A DNA stretch of 64,000 nucleotides from Spirochaetota bacterium (GTDB taxonomy: Bacteria > Spirochaetota > UBA4802 > UB4802), in assembly GCA_040756435.1 (NCBI GenBank), contig JBFLZD010000006.1:26145-90144 (forward strand), read 5' to 3'. Position 1 is the stretch's first letter. Each line of letters begins with the position of its first letter. The notes beneath the pieces were generated by a model. The model ran no database searches, had not been told where the DNA came from, and saw nothing but the letters and a program-made list of their open reading frames with translations. Shown in pieces: positions 10,086 to 19,753 of the stretch. The position numbers and the translations under genes are program-made.

Positions 10086-11582
10086 CTACAGATACTTGGG
10101 TTCTTTATACGAATAAATGGTATGCACACCACCTTCAATCTGGGCTGACAGAGAACGCAATTCAAAGCGAAGCTCTTCTTTATAAAGCTTTTCGTGAAGC
10201 TCTTTAATAGTACGCACACCCATATCCTGAAAAGCGTGTTTCAAACCCTGTACCAGATAGGGCACATAATCAAACATTGAACCTTTATCAACCACAGCGC
10301 CAGAAACACCCTGGGCTACGAGTATCTTGGAGTCTTCGGCAAAATAGCGTTTTGAACCGCCTTTTTCCATGGCTTCAAGGGATGCCATACCACGATAACG
10401 TTTTAGGCGCACACCATTTTCATAAAAATATTCGCCAGGCGCTTCTTCGGTACCGGCAAACATGGAGCCCATCATTGCAGTTGATGCACCAATTGCAAGT
10501 GCTTTGGCTATATGCCCTATTGTTGCAATCCCGCCGTCGGCAATTGTAGGTATATTATATTGTTTTGCAAACTTGCTGCAGCGGTACACCGCAGTTGATT
10601 GTGCACGGCCAACAGCCATGGTAACCTGTGTGGTACAGATTGAGCCTGGACCCATGCCAATGCGAAGAGCATCTGCCCCAGCTTTGATAAGATTTTCACA
10701 TTGCTCAACGGTTACAACATTACCGGCAATGACATCAAGTTCAGGGTATTTCTTTTTAATATATTTAATCATTTCTATCTGGTAGATGGAGTTGCCCTGT
10801 GCTGCATCTATAACCACAACATTGACACCAGCTTTCACAAGTTCCTGCAATCGCTCTTTTGATTCATCCTTGGTGGAAATGGCTGCTCCAACCATTAGCT
10901 GCTTGTTGGCATCTTTTGAAGCAAAGGGATATTCTCTGTTGGTAACAAGGTCATTACGGCTCATCAGGGCAACAAGCCTTCCTTCATCATCAACTATCGG
11001 TAATTTGCCCTTTTTAGATTTTTTAAGTAACTCATTTGCCTGTGTCAGTGTAATACCAACCTTTGCAGTGACAAGATCGGTGGTCATTACATCTTTTATT
11101 TTTTTTGACCGGTCAGTTTCAAAATCAATATCCCTGTTGGTAACAATGCCTACCAGTTTAGAACCTAAATTGCCATCAACAGTGATGGGTATGCCTGAAA
11201 AGCCAAATTTTTCCTTAATTTCATCAATATGGGCGATAGTATGTTCAGGAGATAATACAACCGGATCTGTTATAAATCCATTTTCAAATCGTTTAACTTT
11301 TCGTACTAAAGTTACCTGTTCCTCAATGGTATTGTTGTAATGAATGATCCCAATCCCCCCTAATAATGCTAAACTGATAGCCATCTTAGATTCAGTGACC
11401 GTGTCCATGGGGCTGGATACCAGAGGCCGTTTGAGTTTAATATTGCGAGTTAATTGTGTTTCTAAATCAACATCATCAGGGTTAAAGTCAATATAACCCG
11501 GTAATATGATAAAATCGTTATAGGATAGCCCTTGAGTAGAATTTAAAAGCTCTTCAGCTGAATATCCGTCTTTTGGTTTCAT
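10086..11582 (-). CDS. guaB: IMP dehydrogenase
   Basis: 498 aa; catalytic loop [13 protein letters not shown]; inserted CBS pair; C-terminal GGVHTIYSY. Confidence 0.96.
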   Translation of the reverse strand: MKPKDGYSAEELLNSTQGLSYNDFIILPGYIDFNPDDVDLETQLTRNIKLKRPLVSSPMDTVTESKMAISLALLGGIGIIHYNNTIEEQVTLVRKVKRFENGFITDPVVLSPEHTIAHIDEIKEKFGFSGIPITVDGNLGSKLVGIVTNRDIDFETDRSKKIKDVMTTDLVTAKVGITLTQANELLKKSKKGKLPIVDDEGRLVALMSRNDLVTNREYPFASKDANKQLMVGAAISTKDESKERLQELVKAGVNVVVIDAAQGNSIYQIEMIKYIKKKYPELDVIAGNVVTVEQCENLIKAGADALRIGMGPGSICTTQVTMAVGRAQSTAVYRCSKFAKQYNIPTIADGGIATIGHIAKALAIGASTAMMGSMFAGTEEAPGEYFYENGVRLKRYRGMASLEAMEKGGSKRYFAEDSKILVAQGVSGAVVDKGSMFDYVPYLVQGLKHAFQDMGVRTIKELHEKLYKEELRFELRSLSAQIEGGVHTIYSYKEPKYL

Positions 11583-11716
11583 GTGGTACCTCTATGAGTC
11601 AATGAATTGTATTGTCTATAGTGTTGTGGTGTTATATAAGATATAGCATGGAGCACACTATATTTCAATTATTTGCTTAAGTATTACATATAATGGTGCA
11701 ATAATCAACGTAAAAA

Positions 11717-13066
11717 TCAAAGATGCTGTAAAATTTGTGTAAGCTCTGCAATGGTGGTTAACGGTATTAGTGTCCCGGAAAAGCCGGCATTTGAAACCTC
11801 AGATATATTATTGCGGGGTAAAATAATGGTGGTTATACCGGAGTTTAAAAATTCCGATAGCCTGCGTAATGAGTGGCTTGCAGAGCGAACCTGTCCGGAA
11901 AGTGATAATTCGCCAATGATGCCGGTGGTATGGGGAATGATTGTATTTTTTAAACTGGATATAATGGCGGCGGCAATTGCCAGGTCACAAGATGTATCAT
12001 CGATGGTAAATCCGCCTGCAACATTAATAAATATGTCAAACGAGCTTAATGAAATCTTTGCATGCTTTTCAATGACCGCTACCAGCAGATTAAGCCTGTT
12101 AACATCAAAACCATCTGCCATCCGGCGGGGGTTAGAAAAGCTTGTTGCAGTAACAAGTGATTGTGCTTCAAAGAGTATGGTTCGCGTTCCTTCTATGGTG
12201 GCACTGATAACGCTTCCCGGAAAGCTTGTATCATGTGATTGAACAAATAGTGAGTTCTTGTCCTTTACTTCTGTTAATCCTGTGGCGGTCATGGTAAATA
12301 GTGCTATCTCATTAATTGATCCAAAACGGTTTTTAAAGGCACGCAATATGCGATAGTCACGGGTAAAGTCTCCTTCAAAATAAAGTACCGTATCAACAAT
12401 ATGCTCCAGTATTTTTGGACCTGCAATAGAGCCATCCTTGGTGATATGACCAATTAATAGTATACAGGTTTGCGTTTGCCTGGCAACATCAGCAAGCCGT
12501 GACGCGGTATAGCGTATCTGGCTTACGGAACCAACAGGTGATGTTATCTCTCTGGAATACAGTGTCTGGATAGAGTCTATAATTACCAGTTGAGGTGTGT
12601 TGGAGCGTATGAGTGCTTCAATATGGTCAATATCGGTAACTGACGAAAGATGTATTGAATCAGGCTTGATATTAAGGCGGCGAGAGCGTAAGTGTATCTG
12701 CTGCAAGGTTTCTTCTCCAGAGCAGTACAGTGTGGTGCAGTGTTGAGCCACCTGTAAGGCAAGCGTGGATTTGCCTATACCTGGTTCACCACCCAGAAGG
12801 ATAATGGAGCCGGGAACCACTCCTCCACCACAAACAAGGTCAAATTCGCCAATACCGGTTGGAATACGCTGAATAGATTCCGACAGCACCTGTGAAAGGG
12901 GAAGGATGGAATTTTCAAAAGGTATTTCGTTTTTAACAACAGGAGTATCCTGTATTTCTTCAACTATGGTATTCCAGGCGTTGCATTCCGGGCATTTACC
13001 CAACCATTTCTGAAATGTTGCCCCGCATTCATTACAGATATATATTGTTTTTGGTTTTTTAGGCAT
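11717..13066 (-). CDS. radA: DNA repair protein RadA
   Basis: N-terminal Zn finger CNECGATFQKWLGKCPECNAW, Walker A GEPGIGKST, KNRFG motif, Lon-like C-terminal domain. Confidence 0.95.
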   Translation of the reverse strand: MPKKPKTIYICNECGATFQKWLGKCPECNAWNTIVEEIQDTPVVKNEIPFENSILPLSQVLSESIQRIPTGIGEFDLVCGGGVVPGSIILLGGEPGIGKSTLALQVAQHCTTLYCSGEETLQQIHLRSRRLNIKPDSIHLSSVTDIDHIEALIRSNTPQLVIIDSIQTLYSREITSPVGSVSQIRYTASRLADVARQTQTCILLIGHITKDGSIAGPKILEHIVDTVLYFEGDFTRDYRILRAFKNRFGSINEIALFTMTATGLTEVKDKNSLFVQSHDTSFPGSVISATIEGTRTILFEAQSLVTATSFSNPRRMADGFDVNRLNLLVAVIEKHAKISLSSFDIFINVAGGFTIDDTSCDLAIAAAIISSLKNTIIPHTTGIIGELSLSGQVRSASHSLRRLSEFLNSGITTIILPRNNISEVSNAGFSGTLIPLTTIAELTQILQHL

Positions 13067-13068
13067 TG

Positions 13069-13944
13069 TTATTTTTTCTGCTTAAAGAGTAGTAATGATG
13101 GATCTTTTTCAAGCCTTGAAAAAAGTTCTTTTGCTGAAATGGATGCATCACGTATGTTAGTATAAATTTCTTCATCATACAGAAGCTTTCCCATTGTTCC
13201 ACGGCCCTTTTCAAGACGATATGCAATTTTATTCATGCTGGATGTGAGTTCAGAAAGATTTTGTAATGTAATGGTAATATCTTCACGGTTTTTTTCAGAG
13301 ATATATGCCATATTTTTTGAAATAACATTCATCTGGTTCATAAATTGCTGCAATTGCTGGGAAAAAGTTACAATAGCTGCACGTGCAGTACCAACTGACT
13401 GCCTTACATCATAGCGGTTTTCATCAACCATTTTATTTAAGTTTGCAACAAATTTATTTGAATTCTGGAATATCTCGGCAAGGATCTGGGCACCGCTTTT
13501 ATCCTGCATAAAGCTCTGGAATGTCTGCATCATCTGGTCAAAGCTTGCAGGGTCAATACCATACTTGATATCCCCGTCGTTAAGAAAACCAACATCCTCG
13601 CTCATTGGAGGAATGACAACATTAATATATTTTTCCCCAATCATGCCTGATGTAAAGATTGAAAACGTTGCTGCTTTTGATAACCGGTATCCCTTATCTA
13701 TCCATAGTATAACATCTGTTTTTTCACCAGTCTGGCGGATCTCATCCACATATCCAATTTTGATGCCACCACCAATTTTGACAGGGGCACCAACTCTAAG
13801 GTCGTTTAAAAATCCAAAATATACATGTAACCGGTAGCCTTTTTGTGAAATGTTAAATTTTGTTAACAGTCCAACCAGTACAATAAAAAGAGTAAAGCTT
13901 GTCATAACTAAAAGCCCAACTTTTGCTTCATTACTCAGGCGCAT
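13069..13944 (-). CDS. MlaD/Mce family protein
   Basis: N-terminal TM anchor (AKVGLLVMTSFTLFIVLVGLL), then Mce core (LRVGAPVKIGGGIKIGYVDEI) and a helical C-terminus. Stop lies 2 nt from the radA start. Confidence 0.8.
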   Translation of the reverse strand: MRLSNEAKVGLLVMTSFTLFIVLVGLLTKFNISQKGYRLHVYFGFLNDLRVGAPVKIGGGIKIGYVDEIRQTGEKTDVILWIDKGYRLSKAATFSIFTSGMIGEKYINVVIPPMSEDVGFLNDGDIKYGIDPASFDQMMQTFQSFMQDKSGAQILAEIFQNSNKFVANLNKMVDENRYDVRQSVGTARAAIVTFSQQLQQFMNQMNVISKNMAYISEKNREDITITLQNLSELTSSMNKIAYRLEKGRGTMGKLLYDEEIYTNIRDASISAKELFSRLEKDPSLLLFKQKK

Positions 13945-14119
13945 AGCAAACCTCCTTATATCAGGGTGTTGTTATCTCATATACTGTACATACTTTAAGT
14001 TCAAGAATTATTCTTATCGAATATAAAAAATATTGTGTGAATGAAAGATGTTTATATAAAATGATTGAAAAATTATATCTCTTGTTTACAACAATACATG
14101 CATATAACAGGAGGGATCA

Positions 14120-15370
14120 ATGAGATATTTAGTTGTAGGATCTGGCGGGCGTGAACATGCCATTGCATGGAGGTTGATTCATGATGGAAGTGCCAGTGAG
14201 GTATATGTTGCACCCGGCAATGGTGGTATTGATGAGAGGTTTAGAATTCAGGTTGCTGTGAATGATTTTGAATCATTATACACTATCTGCAAACAAAAAA
14301 ATATTGATATTGTTATAATTGGGCCTGAAGCTCCTCTTGTTGATGGGGTAGTTGATTTTTTACAGAACAGAGGTGTTAGGGTATTTGGTCCAACAGCTCA
14401 GGCTGCACAACTTGAAGGTAGCAAGCTTTTTGCAAAATATATCATGCAAAAATATAATGTGCCAACAGCTCATTTCAGGGAATTTAAAGGAAAAGAATCG
14501 CTAATAGAATATATAGAATCTTCAGCGGTTTTTCCGGTTGTAATAAAGTTAGATGGGCTTGCTGCAGGTAAGGGTGTGGGTGTGTGCAGGGATAGGGAGA
14601 CTGCACTGCAGTTTATTCATGAGATGGTCAAAGATAACGCAAAAGTTTTTGTTGAGGATTTTTGTGATGGTGAAGAAGCATCCGTACTGGGGATCAGTGA
14701 TGGTACAACAGTGTTGCCATTTATTGCTGCCCAGGATCATAAGCGGGTATATGATAATGATGAAGGGCCTAACACCGGTGGTATGGGTGCATATGCACCG
14801 GCTCCAGTGGTTACCAGCAGAATACTGGAAAGGGTGCACAGGGAAATTCTTCAACCAGTAATTCTGGGTATGAAAAATGAGGGGATGCCTTTTGTTGGGA
14901 TTTTGTATGCAGGCCTTATTATTAAAGGCAATGATATTAAAGTATTGGAATTCAATGTTCGCTTTGGTGATCCTGAAACGCAAGTGTTATTGCCATTGGT
15001 AAATGGCAAATTAGGTGATTTCATACAGGCAGCTATTGATGGAAAACTTTCCAGTATGAATCTTACATTCAGGAATAAGCATGCCATTACTGTGGTCCTT
15101 GCTTCAGGAGGTTACCCCGGTTCATATAAAACGGGTTTACCTATTACAGGTTTGGACCAACTGCCTGAGGATATCCTTGTTTTTCATGCAGGTACTAAAC
15201 GGGATGGGCAATTACTTACCAATGGGGGTAGAGTGCTGAATATTACAGCAATAGCCGACAGTTTAGAAGAAGCCTACCATAAAGTATATAATGCTATACC
15301 GTCTGTATCATTTGAGGGTATGCACTATAGAAAAGATATCGGTTTCAGGGCTTTGAAAAAACGCCCGTAA
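14120..15370 (+). CDS. purD: phosphoribosylamine-glycine ligase
   Basis: MRYLVVGSGGREHAIAWRL N-terminus, ATP-grasp core, EFNVRFGDPE motif. Confidence 0.96.
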   Translation: MRYLVVGSGGREHAIAWRLIHDGSASEVYVAPGNGGIDERFRIQVAVNDFESLYTICKQKNIDIVIIGPEAPLVDGVVDFLQNRGVRVFGPTAQAAQLEGSKLFAKYIMQKYNVPTAHFREFKGKESLIEYIESSAVFPVVIKLDGLAAGKGVGVCRDRETALQFIHEMVKDNAKVFVEDFCDGEEASVLGISDGTTVLPFIAAQDHKRVYDNDEGPNTGGMGAYAPAPVVTSRILERVHREILQPVILGMKNEGMPFVGILYAGLIIKGNDIKVLEFNVRFGDPETQVLLPLVNGKLGDFIQAAIDGKLSSMNLTFRNKHAITVVLASGGYPGSYKTGLPITGLDQLPEDILVFHAGTKRDGQLLTNGGRVLNITAIADSLEEAYHKVYNAIPSVSFEGMHYRKDIGFRALKKRP

Positions 15371-15832
15371 GTTAATACGTTCTGTTTGTAATATAGGGAT
15401 TTGTACTTCCTTAATAAATAAAATATTAATAGCTGCAAGCATTGTGTTACAGTTTTCTAAATTGAGAATATATTGTGGTTCAAAGCGTATGCCATTATTT
15501 AATGGGCAGATATCAACACCGTTATGTATTAAAACCGGATAGCCATGGGTTCTGCAAATTACAGGCCGTACAGGATAGATAATGCAGCTATTGTTATGCA
15601 AAAATATACAGGAATGATAGCTTTTCTGTTTAATTATGGTTCTTATTGATTCAGGTTGTTTTATATACCATTGTACTATGGGTATCAGTTCAACCGGCAT
15701 TATACTTTCCAGTATACAACAACTGCTGCAGCCCTCCCTGCAATGTAATTGTTTGCCGTACGTTTCAACGACAGAGTCAGTAAATGCATCAACTTTTTGT
15801 ATCAGCTCATAGTAATATTTGAGTGATTGCAT
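15308..15832 (-). CDS. YkgJ-family cysteine-cluster protein (UPF0153)
   Basis: CREGCSSCC (CxxxCxxCC) signature plus distal Cys residues. Lies 10 nt downstream of dsbD on the same strand. Its 3' end overlaps the purD 3' end by 63 nt. Confidence 0.7.
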   Translation of the reverse strand: MQSLKYYYELIQKVDAFTDSVVETYGKQLHCREGCSSCCILESIMPVELIPIVQWYIKQPESIRTIIKQKSYHSCIFLHNNSCIIYPVRPVICRTHGYPVLIHNGVDICPLNNGIRFEPQYILNLENCNTMLAAINILFIKEVQIPILQTERINLRAFFQSPETDIFSIVHTLK

Positions 15833-15842
15833 TGGCTTACCT

Positions 15843-17663
15843 TTAAGGAATAGTCATCAGTTGAGGAACCTCTGATTGTTTGCTCAATTCCAGAGCTTTT
15901 TGCAAAGCCTTCAATAAATCTTTTGCTGTATAAATATCACGCAGGATAACAGGTTGTGAAAAATTATCCCCTGAAGGGAAGATAGCTACAAAGGGTATTG
16001 ATCGTGAACCCAGTTGTTGCAATATGGTCTCTGCTGGGGGATTTTTTGTTGTAATATCGGCTTTGTACACAGCAATATTATTCTTATGGATAAATTCAAT
16101 AACATCTGAAGATGATAATGCTGTAGCTTCAACAAATTTGCAGTTTGGACACCACTGTGCAGTAAAAATGACCATTGCAACCTGCGATGTATTGTTATGA
16201 ACTATCGCCTCCCAGTCATAAGGCTTGTAGGTTATGGTAGCTTGTGATGTTTTTTTGGAAGAAAATAGTATGCTTGCAGAAAAAACAAGTAGCACAAGCA
16301 CCACAAATGAAATTATTCGCTGTAGAGATGGTTTTGTTAAATTTCCAAACCGTCCCCATTGCCATAATCCAATGGATACAAGTAATAAAAACCAAATAGT
16401 TTTTATCAATGTAGATGCATCAAGCAATGTGACAAGGTAGATAGTGGTGGCAACCATTAGAAATCCCATGAATTGCTCAAATGTTATCATCCAGTCTCCT
16501 GGTTTGGGAATGAACCTGATAAGTGACGGATAGAATGATAAAAGCAGATATGGCAAGGACATGCCAAGGCCAATGTTAATAAAAACCATAAAAATTATAA
16601 CTGGATGCTGCGTTAATGACCATGCCAGTGTAGCCCCTAAAAACGGACCGCTGCAGGGGGTAGCAAGTAGTGTGGCAACTATGCCTTTGAAATAGGAATC
16701 TACGTATATATTGGCACTTTGTACTTGTGGAAGTCGTGGAATATTGAATGTATACACACCAAAAAACGATAATGCCAGTGCGAAAATTATGGCTGCCATA
16801 ATAATAATAAATGTTTTATGCTGAAAAAGCTCACCCCAGTTATATCCAGCATATGCTGCCAGAGAAGCCAATGCCAGAAATGATGTGAGTATCCCTGCGG
16901 TAAAAAGCAATCCCATAATCCTTACCTGGCGTGGTTTGTTGTTGCCATATGATATAAAACTTAAAATTTTCAGGCTAATTACAGGCAGCACACAGGGCAT
17001 AAAGTTGAGTAAAAAGCCTGCTAAAATGCCAAAGAAGATTGCGTGGAATAAACTTAATGGAGAAGAACTGCCTGCATCTATTACGTTAAAATGACCGGAT
17101 GCATCCTTTTTGTTTACTGTATGAATTATAGCTTCAGGCTCTTTATACATGGCGCATAATGAAGTGTCAAATTCAGAGGCTGATTTATCAACGTTGATTA
17201 TCTGGGTGACAGTCTGCCGTATGGGGGTGCAGGATACATCATTGCAATATAATGCCTCAATAGTGATTGATAATGAATACGAACCTTCTTTTGCCGTATG
17301 TAGTGTAAATGGGATACAGAGTGAGGTGTGCTTTTTGTAAATATACACGGGTTTGCTGTCAAGAGGTGAAATATAAAAGGTTCCGGGAAGATAACGCGTT
17401 TTTCCGGGTACTATGTGTTGCGTTGCTTTTGTATAAGCGGTTGTAGCTTTTCCGGTTCCTTCACCTTTGGGGTTGGCATAGATATAGCCTTTTGAAGGTA
17501 GCTCTATATCTATAATAGTACAGGCTTTTGTATTTGGTTTTACATTTAGTACTTTCTTTACAGGATGTATAGTAATGTTAGTATCAGCGTATCCATAATA
17601 TTCGGATGCAATCATAAACAAAATTAAGGTATATATTGCTAAATATATTTTGTTACTTTTCAT
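15843..17663 (-). CDS. dsbD: thiol:disulfide interchange protein DsbD
   Basis: Signal peptide and N-terminal periplasmic domain. TM core has the redox Cys motifs FMPCVLPV and ATPCSGPF. C-terminal thioredoxin domain has WCPNC. Confidence 0.88.
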   Translation of the reverse strand: MKSNKIYLAIYTLILFMIASEYYGYADTNITIHPVKKVLNVKPNTKACTIIDIELPSKGYIYANPKGEGTGKATTAYTKATQHIVPGKTRYLPGTFYISPLDSKPVYIYKKHTSLCIPFTLHTAKEGSYSLSITIEALYCNDVSCTPIRQTVTQIINVDKSASEFDTSLCAMYKEPEAIIHTVNKKDASGHFNVIDAGSSSPLSLFHAIFFGILAGFLLNFMPCVLPVISLKILSFISYGNNKPRQVRIMGLLFTAGILTSFLALASLAAYAGYNWGELFQHKTFIIIMAAIIFALALSFFGVYTFNIPRLPQVQSANIYVDSYFKGIVATLLATPCSGPFLGATLAWSLTQHPVIIFMVFINIGLGMSLPYLLLSFYPSLIRFIPKPGDWMITFEQFMGFLMVATTIYLVTLLDASTLIKTIWFLLLVSIGLWQWGRFGNLTKPSLQRIISFVVLVLLVFSASILFSSKKTSQATITYKPYDWEAIVHNNTSQVAMVIFTAQWCPNCKFVEATALSSSDVIEFIHKNNIAVYKADITTKNPPAETILQQLGSRSIPFVAIFPSGDNFSQPVILRDIYTAKDLLKALQKALELSKQSEVPQLMTIP

Positions 17664-17866
17664 TATGAAGAGTCTCCTTCTGAAAATAGAATGTATTCAT
17701 TTCACCTTCCCTGCTTTGATAGGCTATAGCAACCGTTGTGTTTAATTCCCAGCCATTGTGAACACCCATGTCTAAGTATTTGTGTTATACTATGGAATTC
17801 AGTTAATAAATTTGATGGGAAGATAATTTTAAAAGATACAAAAAATTTTGAAAAAAAATATTGTAT

Positions 17867-17893
17867 TAAGAATATAGCAGATTTAGTCGATAT
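17867..17893 (+). promoter_or_regulatory. sigma28 (FliA/SigD)-like promoter candidate
   Basis: TAAG-N15-GTCGATAT compared with consensus TAAA-N15-GCCGATAA; ends 39 nt upstream of ATG 17933. Confidence 0.35.
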
Positions 17894-17932
17894 TGCAAAT
17901 AGAAATTAATGATTGACACAAAGGAGGGTGTC

Positions 17933-18103
17933 ATGATGGCACAACACATAACAGCAATAGAACAGAGCATAGAACAACTCAATAATCTGCTTAAGGGGCT
18001 GGCTGCAGTACGTACTGGATTAAGTGAAAAACTGGTAAAAGCAAATGTGGTTGCTAATGTCAGTGTTGAAGGCCTGGGAACTATTATAGACAGCTATCAG
18101 TAA
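17933..18103 (+). CDS. 56-aa small protein, possibly YjfB-like putative motility protein
   Basis: AAGGAGGG SD 5 nt before ATG 17933 (the track start 17909 lacks an SD). Helical and Gln/Leu-rich, with C-terminal GLGTIIDSYQ resembling the hLGxxID tail of YjfB-type proteins. Followed by an intrinsic terminator. Confidence 0.5.
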   Translation: MMAQHITAIEQSIEQLNNLLKGLAAVRTGLSEKLVKANVVANVSVEGLGTIIDSYQ

Positions 18104-18136
18104 AAAAGGGATGCATTATATGCAGCACCCTTTTTT
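18103..18136. terminator. bidirectional intrinsic terminator
   Basis: AAAAAGGGATGCA / TGCAGCACCCTTTTTT imperfect hairpin flanked by an A-run and a T-run. Sits between convergent genes and overlaps the last codons (GKKGCCI) of the minus-strand lipoprotein. Confidence 0.55.
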
Positions 18137-18739
18137 ACCACTAATATCCTTTTCTATAGCCCTTACCACATCACGAGCAGCTTTGCTTACATCTGTATTA
18201 ATATTCTGGTCAGTAAGCAGTAATATAGGAAGATAATACCACCCTAATAGACAGCATCCGCACCATGCATTCTTATTGGTTTCACGGTTATAGCGTAAAG
18301 TGCCTACAATGCTCCCTGTTTGTGTATTGATAATACGGGCATTGAATGCTATCTTTGTCTTTGGTACAATATAAAATTGCCTGTCATAATAATAATCTGA
18401 TACACTTCCCACAATAATATAATCTGTTTTAGCCAGTTTGCCTATATCAGTCAGTTGTGCATCGGTTAATCCTGTCATGTCTAAGGATTTTTCCTTAATA
18501 ATTTTTTCCACCTGAGATCGTTCCACCAGATCCCAGTTAGATATCTGTACCAGTTCACTTGTCAATGCGTCAGCAATACTTACTCCTGAACCAGGATATT
18601 TTGGGGCATCAACAAAGGTTAGCACAGCTATACGAATAGGCTTTTGTAAAGCCTGTTTATCTTTTATGTACACTGATTTGTCTACTGATGTACAAGAAAT
18701 CATAAAAAGAAATAGTAAAAGCACTGTTAATTTTTTCAT
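18116..18739 (-). CDS. CsgG/LpoB-fold-like lipoprotein
   Basis: Lipobox LFMISC. Core pattern IAVLTFVD..GSGVSIADALTSELVQISNWDLVERSQVEKIIKEKSLDMTGL..IGKLAKTDYIIVGSV is typical of CsgG/HfaB-type lipoproteins. Paralogue of 49135..49755. Confidence 0.7.
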   Translation of the reverse strand: MKKLTVLLLFLFMISCTSVDKSVYIKDKQALQKPIRIAVLTFVDAPKYPGSGVSIADALTSELVQISNWDLVERSQVEKIIKEKSLDMTGLTDAQLTDIGKLAKTDYIIVGSVSDYYYDRQFYIVPKTKIAFNARIINTQTGSIVGTLRYNRETNKNAWCGCCLLGWYYLPILLLTDQNINTDVSKAARDVVRAIEKDISGKKGCCI

Positions 18740-19020
18740 AATGATATACCTTAAATAAATAATATATTACAACATTTTTGGTTATTTAAAAGAAGATATA
18801 ACAATATGCATTTAAATCGTGTAAATAATCAACAATTTTTATGTATTGATAATAAATAATATTTAAAAATTGCAAATAGTCTTTCAGTAATGGTTGAATA
18901 CATGGGATATATGTTTTTGATAATATAATTGCAATTGTAAAATGGTTATCATTAAATTGATGTTGACAGACAATAGCACCTTACGTAAGGTAAAAAAAAT
19001 ATTTAACAGCAGGAGACGCT

Positions 19021-19665
19021 ATGAATATGAAAAGGATACCATTTGTAATCTTTAGTTTAATTATTATAATTACTTCAAGTTCTACTGTATTTGCTGCCAA
19101 TTCCGAGTTAAACGGTACCCTGGGTACCTCATATGCCGATGACCCTGCAAAATATGGCCTGGATATTTCCTTACATTACAACTGGCTGCTTGACCCATAT
19201 TTTGTAACAGGCCTTGAATCAGGATTTTACTGGGTTAAATGGGACAGAAAGATTGGTGTTAAACAGGAAGGTACAGTGTATGTAGATGTAAAAGCAGATA
19301 CCAATGCGTATGTTATCCCTATGATGTTCAATGCACAGGTGCGCTTGCCAAACTTAAAGGATAAACTGTATGTAACGCCCTTCGTAACCATTGGCCTTGG
19401 CTATTCATTCATGATATTGCATTATTCACAGCCTGATTTTACTGATTCAAATACAGGTAAGTCATATAATGCAGATTCCATTACCAAACTTTTTAGCGGG
19501 CTTTCATGGGAGCTTTTCTTTGGTGCTTCGTTAAAGCCGGCTGCTGATTCAAAGGTTGATTTTTATGCTGAAGCTGGATATCGCAGCTTACCTCTTAAAA
19601 GCGGCGATTTAGAACTGGATATGTCAGGGCTGGTAATACGGTTAGGGGTTAGGTATCCTCTGTAA
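19021..19665 (+). CDS. small outer-membrane beta-barrel protein
   Basis: Signal peptide ending VFA; alternating hydrophobic beta-strand pattern; aromatic-rich C-terminal strand LVIRLGVRYPL. Confidence 0.65.
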   Translation: MNMKRIPFVIFSLIIIITSSSTVFAANSELNGTLGTSYADDPAKYGLDISLHYNWLLDPYFVTGLESGFYWVKWDRKIGVKQEGTVYVDVKADTNAYVIPMMFNAQVRLPNLKDKLYVTPFVTIGLGYSFMILHYSQPDFTDSNTGKSYNADSITKLFSGLSWELFFGASLKPAADSKVDFYAEAGYRSLPLKSGDLELDMSGLVIRLGVRYPL

Positions 19666-19753
19666 GCTACCAACTCAATTTTTAAAGTACTTGACTTTTT
19701 ATAAAACATTTTATTTGGTTTTGTAAAACTATTATTGAATATGCGGGGTGTTT

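Noticed and set aside
10786-11340. Long antisense or alternative-frame ORFs. Examples: 10786..11340, 11751..12242, 14549..14983, 23172..23750, 44725..45168, 57099..57593, 50776..51111, 52928..53263
   Set aside because: All lie fully inside well-supported genes with strong family motifs. They lack SDs and have skewed, low-complexity composition typical of shadow frames.
13945-14119. Purine riboswitch upstream of purD. Also checked: the guaB leader (11583..11716) and a PyrR site upstream of pyrB (5518..5662)
   Set aside because: None of the conserved riboswitch cores or PyrR binding-loop sequences are visible. The regions look like plain AT-rich promoters.
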